This document shows, one piece after another, positions 59,401 through 64,000 of a DNA stretch of 64,000 nucleotides. The stretch's first letter is position 1; every line of letters begins with the position of its first letter. The notes beneath the pieces were generated by a model. It ran no database searches, was not told the origin of the DNA, and was given only the letters and a program-made list of their open reading frames with translations. A program made the translations under genes and the position numbers. This DNA is from Oopsacas minuta (Eukaryota > Animalia > Porifera), in contig JAKMXF010000310.1 of NCBI GenBank assembly GCA_024704765.1, positions 124,001-188,000 of the forward strand. The letters are read 5' to 3'.

Positions 59401-61875
59401 GGGATAGACACAGAAGGAGATGGGAAGTTGGATTTGTATTTACCTCCGTACCCCCCTGCACCCCTGACATAAATACTAGACTGAGCGGTAAAGAAATGTG
59501 TCTTCATTGTCTCGTCATAACACTTAACCTCTACCACGATGACTGCTCCTTTTCCTTTATCTAACACCTCTAATACCTTAGCAACCCCCTTAACTACTCC
59601 ACCAGCAGGAAGAGGGGTGTGTATCTGGAAGGCTTGCTCTCCATGCAGTACTTGGGAATAATCAATCAAACTCATGGTACTTAACATACCAGTAGATAGG
59701 TTCATTCCAATAATAGCTGAGTAGGAAGGAACAGCTGAGAAGTTCTCATGACCTTCATACAGATAGTGGAGATCTTTATTGTCTGTATGTTTCACTTTAG
59801 CACCTACACCTAAAGCGTATAAAATCAGCTGATCAGCAGTATAGGACACGGATACAGGCCCGATCTTCTTCCCTGAGTACTGAGACATGTTACTCTCTCC
59901 CCCTGACGTTGGTGTATGCTTCATGGTTACTTCAGAAGCCTTTACTCGTTCCATAGCAGCCACAGTGGTACCACCCCCACTAGATGGAATTTCATTCTTT
60001 GAGAAGTCAGTGATTTTATCCCAATTATTGGCTACATCTTCTACTGTAAGATCTCTTTTGGCATAACCTATTGTTCTCTGATTACGTAACTGAGCAGACC
60101 AGCCACCTGCCGTCTCAAATAAACCTCCAGTTTCATTACAGGACTCGTGACACAGGTAGACGACTAGTGGGGCTACTAACAAAGGATCCAGAAACTAATG
60201 AAAAATAATAACAAATAAATACAGTAGACTCTTCATAGAGTCACGGTTAATCGGGTCAAAATGGCCTGGTCCCGATGTAACCCTATAAAGCAGAGTCTAC
60301 TGTATACGAATTACTATAATTCTAATTATCCGTTCTCCTTGGTCCATTCGTTGGATAATGTACGTGGGCATTACTTACATTTCAGAAAATCATAGGTAGC
60401 GTGAAATGAGTACGTGATGTATTCAGATTGTACTTAAGGCACGCCTGTCACGCAGAGGCGTAGTTAGCATTTTCTCTTTGTGGTTGCTGACAGTAGCCCT
60501 GGGATACCCAGCAACCCCTAGCAACACCCTAGTTACGCTTAGGCTGTCAGGGAAGATTCAACTCTAGTAAAACAGTGGTGTTAAGATTACCCAAAATATA
60601 TGTAAATTTTGGGCCTGGGTCTAGTTCTTCGTGACTCACACTTAGATATCCAGGGAAATCAGGAGCAAATCACCTGATACAATATACATATTATGGTGGG
60701 TATCGCTTATAAGAACACCGGAAATAAGGGCAATCCTCTTGAAAACGGTTCTCAACTTCTCATATATACTTGTACATATAATATATACAGTCGACAACTG
60801 TTAATTCGATTACGGGAAAAAACGGATTGTAAAGTATAATACCTTTCTAGGGATTGGAAAATTTGAGTATTTTCAAATTACAGTATACTCCGCTTAATGT
60901 GACACAAATAAAGAATCAAGATGGCCTGATCCCAGGCCATCTTGATTCTCTATTTGTGTGGTACTTTTTTTGGTCAAGTGACCCGATTAACGGTGGCTTT
61001 AGTAAACGGAGTCCACTGTAGTGGAGTGTCTTTAGAAATTGAAAATCAAAACTTTCGGAATTTTCTGTTTTAACTAATGAAAAATTGGTGGAACGCATAA
61101 AACGTCACAAAAGTATGCCGCTAACACCTAGCGGCATACTTTTGTGAGATGTACTAACTTAATGAATTAGCTAAATATATAGCACTCACTTTCATCACAT
61201 CTTCCGGCATTACAGTAGCTGTCATCCTACTGCCTGCTACAGGTGCTACTACATTACAGTGTATATTATACTTGCCTCCCTCCTTAGCTAGAGTATGAGA
61301 CAATCCAACCAGCCCGTTCTTAGCAGCCGAGTAGTTTGCCTGACCAAAGTTTCCATAAATCCCAGAGGCAGATGATGTCATGATGATGCGTCCAAATTGT
61401 TGTTTTCGCATGTGGCTCCATGCTGCCCTTGTCACCATGAAGGAGCCTCGTAGATGCACTCTAGAAACATAAATTTAGAAATACAAATAAGGTGATTTTA
61501 GAAATTAATAAGATACCTTTGTATCATATCCCAGTCATCATTAGTCATTTTCAGAAATGACTTGTCTCTTAGAATCCCAGCATTGTTCACTACGATATCA
61601 ACTCTACCGAAATTCTTAACAGCAGTATTCACAATCTTGTCTCCATCTTCTACAGAGTCGTAGTTAGCTACAGCAATCCCTCCAGCTGTGTGTATTTCAT
61701 CCACAACCTTGTCAGCCATCCTACTCTTACCTCCACCAGTATAGTCCCCTCCCAGATCATTTACAACTACTGAAGCACCTTTCTGTGCAAATAGGAGAGC
61801 ATACCCTCTCCCTAGTCCACCTCCTGCGCCAGTAACTATTGCTACTCGACCTTTAAAACTCAGCGGAATACTCAT
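56407..61875 (-). CDS. HSD17B4: Peroxisomal multifunctional enzyme type 2 (SDR + hydratase 2 + SCP2), 4 exons
   Basis: Exons 61875-61517, 61460-61190, 60194-58936 and 56710-56407 join in frame. Motifs [54 protein letters not shown], and an SCP2 domain (LSDEDF...[13 protein letters not shown]). Confidence 0.97.
56755..57119 (-). mobile_element. Helitron-like repeat copy (HSD17B4 intron 3)
   Basis: On the minus strand it starts TCTATATTATTAAA..(GTTT)n..GTCAAGGAAAAGG and is collinear with 39162-39692. Left boundary approximate. Confidence 0.65.
57560..57760 (+). mobile_element. Internal fragment of the Helitron-like family
   Basis: Two copies of GAATATAAAGTAAACAAATAGTTGAAATCTCGAA, matching the internal duplicated unit of the 39162-39692 copy. 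Confidence 0.55.
58108..58462 (+). mobile_element. Helitron-like repeat copy (HSD17B4 intron 3), inverted relative to 56755-57119
   Basis: Starts A|TCTATATTATTAAATTGTAATT..GTTCGTTGTCAAGGAAAGGATTTATGGAATGTTGTATC and ends near CCCATGCGAACAC. Confidence 0.7.
60222..60302. mobile_element. Short TA-flanked pogo/Tigger-like MITE
   Basis: TIR CAGTAGACTCT / AGAGTCTACTG, TA on both sides. Internal CACGGTTAATCGGGT is shared, inverted, with 60881-61018. Confidence 0.75.
60881..61018. mobile_element. TA-flanked pogo/Tigger-like MITE
   Basis: TIR CAGTATACTCCG / CGGAGTCCACTG, TA on both sides. Confidence 0.7.
61105..61147. repeat. Perfect 19-bp stem, 5-nt loop hairpin in HSD17B4 intron 2
   Basis: TCACAAAAGTATGCCGCTA-ACACC-TAGCGGCATACTTTTGTGA. 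Confidence 0.9.
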
Positions 61876-62672
61876 CTAATGAAATAATAAAACTGGTACT
61901 GTGGTGAAAGCTGATTTGCTTGATAACAAATTTAAGAAATCAAATAATTTAGTTAAGAACATTGATAGGGTAATTGTATAGTGTATAGCTGCCTGCAGCT
62001 TTAAAGAGGGATACCATGTACAGGGCCGTAGGAAGTGAGGTACCTAAGACAGGACGGCCTGAGCCATCCCATTTTTATGGCTTCCGATGCAAATGCATAG
62101 TTGTCAACTTTGTAAAATCCATACTTTTGCAAACCTGAGTGAAGGAAAAAACGGGACGGAAGGCATTAATTTAGCGTGGACATCGCGGGTCCCTTTGTAT
62201 TTGTATTAGACTGGACTACAAAAAGCGGGACAATGAGGGCTTCTGGCAAGTTTTGGCGAGACATTAGCTTTATTGGTTTTGTGTATTTCTTGCAATTCTC
62301 TCAAAAGTTCCATTTTCCTATCACTCAAATAAGTTAGTATTTCATTGAAATGAGTTTCAATCTCAAGATGTCGAAACCTAATTTCTAGCTATGTATAGTA
62401 TACATATACCAATGAATATCAATACTTCTAAGAAACTAGGCTGTAGATATAAACTAGACATCTTCGTGCATCTTAACAATATTGTGTAAATTTGCATCAG
62501 AGAAATACCCTACTAAACCAAACAGGCCTGGTGGAACAGGTTTTGAAGTGGTCCGGTGAAACTGTAGCAGCCATACTAAAGTGGTTGAAACCTGACTTAC
62601 AATAGCAACAGTACTAACTGCACCAAGAAGTGGTTAGGTTGAAACCGGACCAGTGGCTACCACCCTGCGTAA

Positions 62673-62767
62673 TGCCTACCATACACGATGCAACTTTGTT
62701 GCATGCAACAATGCAAGATACACGGCCTAACAAGGTCGCATTACAGTTGCATCGTGTATGGGGGGGC
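62673..62767. mobile_element. PIF/Harbinger-like MITE
   Basis: TIR core CCATACACGATGCAAC / GTTGCATCGTGTATGG with TAA/TTA flanks. A related one-ended copy starts near 34483. Confidence 0.6.
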
Positions 62768-62951
62768 TTAAACTTATGGTTTATGATAATGGAAAACTTT
62801 TCAAGATTTATCTTTAGTAAAATGTATTTCACATCCTAGAAGAAAATAAGTCAACATAAATATTGAGTTTAACCGTGTTCCAAACCAGGGATATATTCTT
62901 ATCATCAGTGATTCAGTAGCGCAGCAGCCTTATAGAATAGGTATGACTGAC

Positions 62952-63267
62952 CAGGGCCGGATTTAAGAGTGGGTAGAGTGGGTAGCTGCCCACAAGCCCC
63001 CACAAAAACCAAGAAAAAGCTACATGCCATTTGGTTACCACTTATGGAGTGGATTCAGATGGATCCTTGTCAGACGAATTATTGCTATTCAAAGAGTTTG
63101 TTAAAGAATTGGATCTGATAACACCAGATTTAAATATATTTCACTTCATGTACAAACTATCATTGAAAAGTTTGTACACTGTACCTTTCCAAACATTAAA
63201 ATTGCATTACGCACTTACCTTATACTTAATAATAGCATTTCATCAAAAAGACAGCACAACTAAATGA
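62952..63267 (+). pseudogene. hAT transposon remnant: TIR-like end plus C-terminal dimerisation-domain fragment
   Basis: CAGGGCCGGATTTA at 62952. The frames read L.DELLLFKEF and, after a shift, FPNIKIALRTYL, the hAT C-terminal motif. Confidence 0.65.
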
Positions 63268-64000
63268 TTTATCCTACAGTAGATACAGTAAAACTCGTTT
63301 ATTACGTACTCAGCCGATATTTTCTCACATACAATAGAAATAATTCTGTAAATATGAACTAGGATAACATACCAAAATTCCTATCGAAAGTATAAAATAT
63401 ATTTGCCTTAGTTTGTTAAGTATGGTTCAGCTTGGTTAATAAGTATACTCTTAAGCAGTAGCGAAGACTAGGGGGTGCTTGACACTCCCAATATTTTCAG
63501 TGAAAGTGTGATTTCATTAGTGAGTGGACAAAATACATATTAGTCAAGTTTGACAATGGTGCACAAAGTAAAATCAAATTGAAAATTTTACTCATAAAAA
63601 ATATTCATACAGATAAGACGTACATGTCAAGTAAGTACATTTTTTGATTACCAAGCTGCTACGTATTGAGTGAGTTGACTCTGTATTGTATTACCCGATA
63701 TGCACTTTCCCTTGTATATAATATGCAAATAATTATTCTAGTATTCTTAACGCCAAATGGCCATGAACGATGATATAGAAGTGTTGCGACCGATTGATGA
63801 TCTACAAGAATCCTTAAATTACGAAAGCTTTGAATCAGAATCTACATACAATATAGTTGAGTCTCTCACAACTTTTGTACAAGACGAGGAGGATGGAAAA
63901 TTTCCAATCTTGATCTTTGTAGGTCCCAAGGTTAAATTGTTTCGAATGGTACGTCTGTTCTGCTTCTTTTTGATTGTCTTACTGTATACTGTGTATTACG

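Noticed and set aside
61117-61135. CTCF-like motif (CCGCTAGGTG) in the hairpin
   Set aside because: The match is short and partial, and is explained by the palindrome. CTCF is reported only from bilaterians and the host is probably not one.
8504-61875. PEX16 and HSD17B4 as a peroxisomal gene cluster
   Set aside because: They are 45 kb apart with many unrelated genes between; chance linkage is sufficient in a gene-dense genome.
1-64000. tRNA, rRNA or snRNA genes
   Set aside because: No convincing cloverleaf, rRNA segment or snRNA was recognised by eye; tRNAscan-SE and Infernal would be needed to exclude them.

Overview
AT-rich, gene-dense DNA from a eukaryote with spliceosomal introns. The compact spacing, many single-exon genes and coiled-coil/NHL family suggest a non-bilaterian animal, possibly a glass sponge such as Oopsacas; this is inference only. 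Recognisable genes in order: BtpA-family, CLNS1A, VPS36, PEX16 (6 exons, one U12-type intron), a coiled-coil::eEF1B-GEF-domain chimera, ZMAT2, MYLIP-like, FEM1-like ankyrin protein, single-chain ACLY, EDF1, ZFAND4-like, RAB22/31, a disrupted NHL-repeat gene, a 150-aa WW+BAG protein, a coiled-coil RING E3, an intron-rich TNNI3K (about 13 kb, one GC-AG intron), DRAM/TMEM150 and HSD17B4. Introns and intergenic DNA hold many small DNA-transposon derivatives: hAT-type MITEs with intact 8-bp TSDs, a Buster deletion derivative, TA-flanked pogo/Tigger-like MITEs, a Harbinger-like MITE and a Helitron-like family. There is also a two-pentamer tandem array. The most unusual item is the eEF1B-domain chimera, in which the position of the exchange-critical C-terminal lysine is a glutamate (possible eEF1A-binding decoy). 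All family assignments come from recalled motifs; no database search was run.
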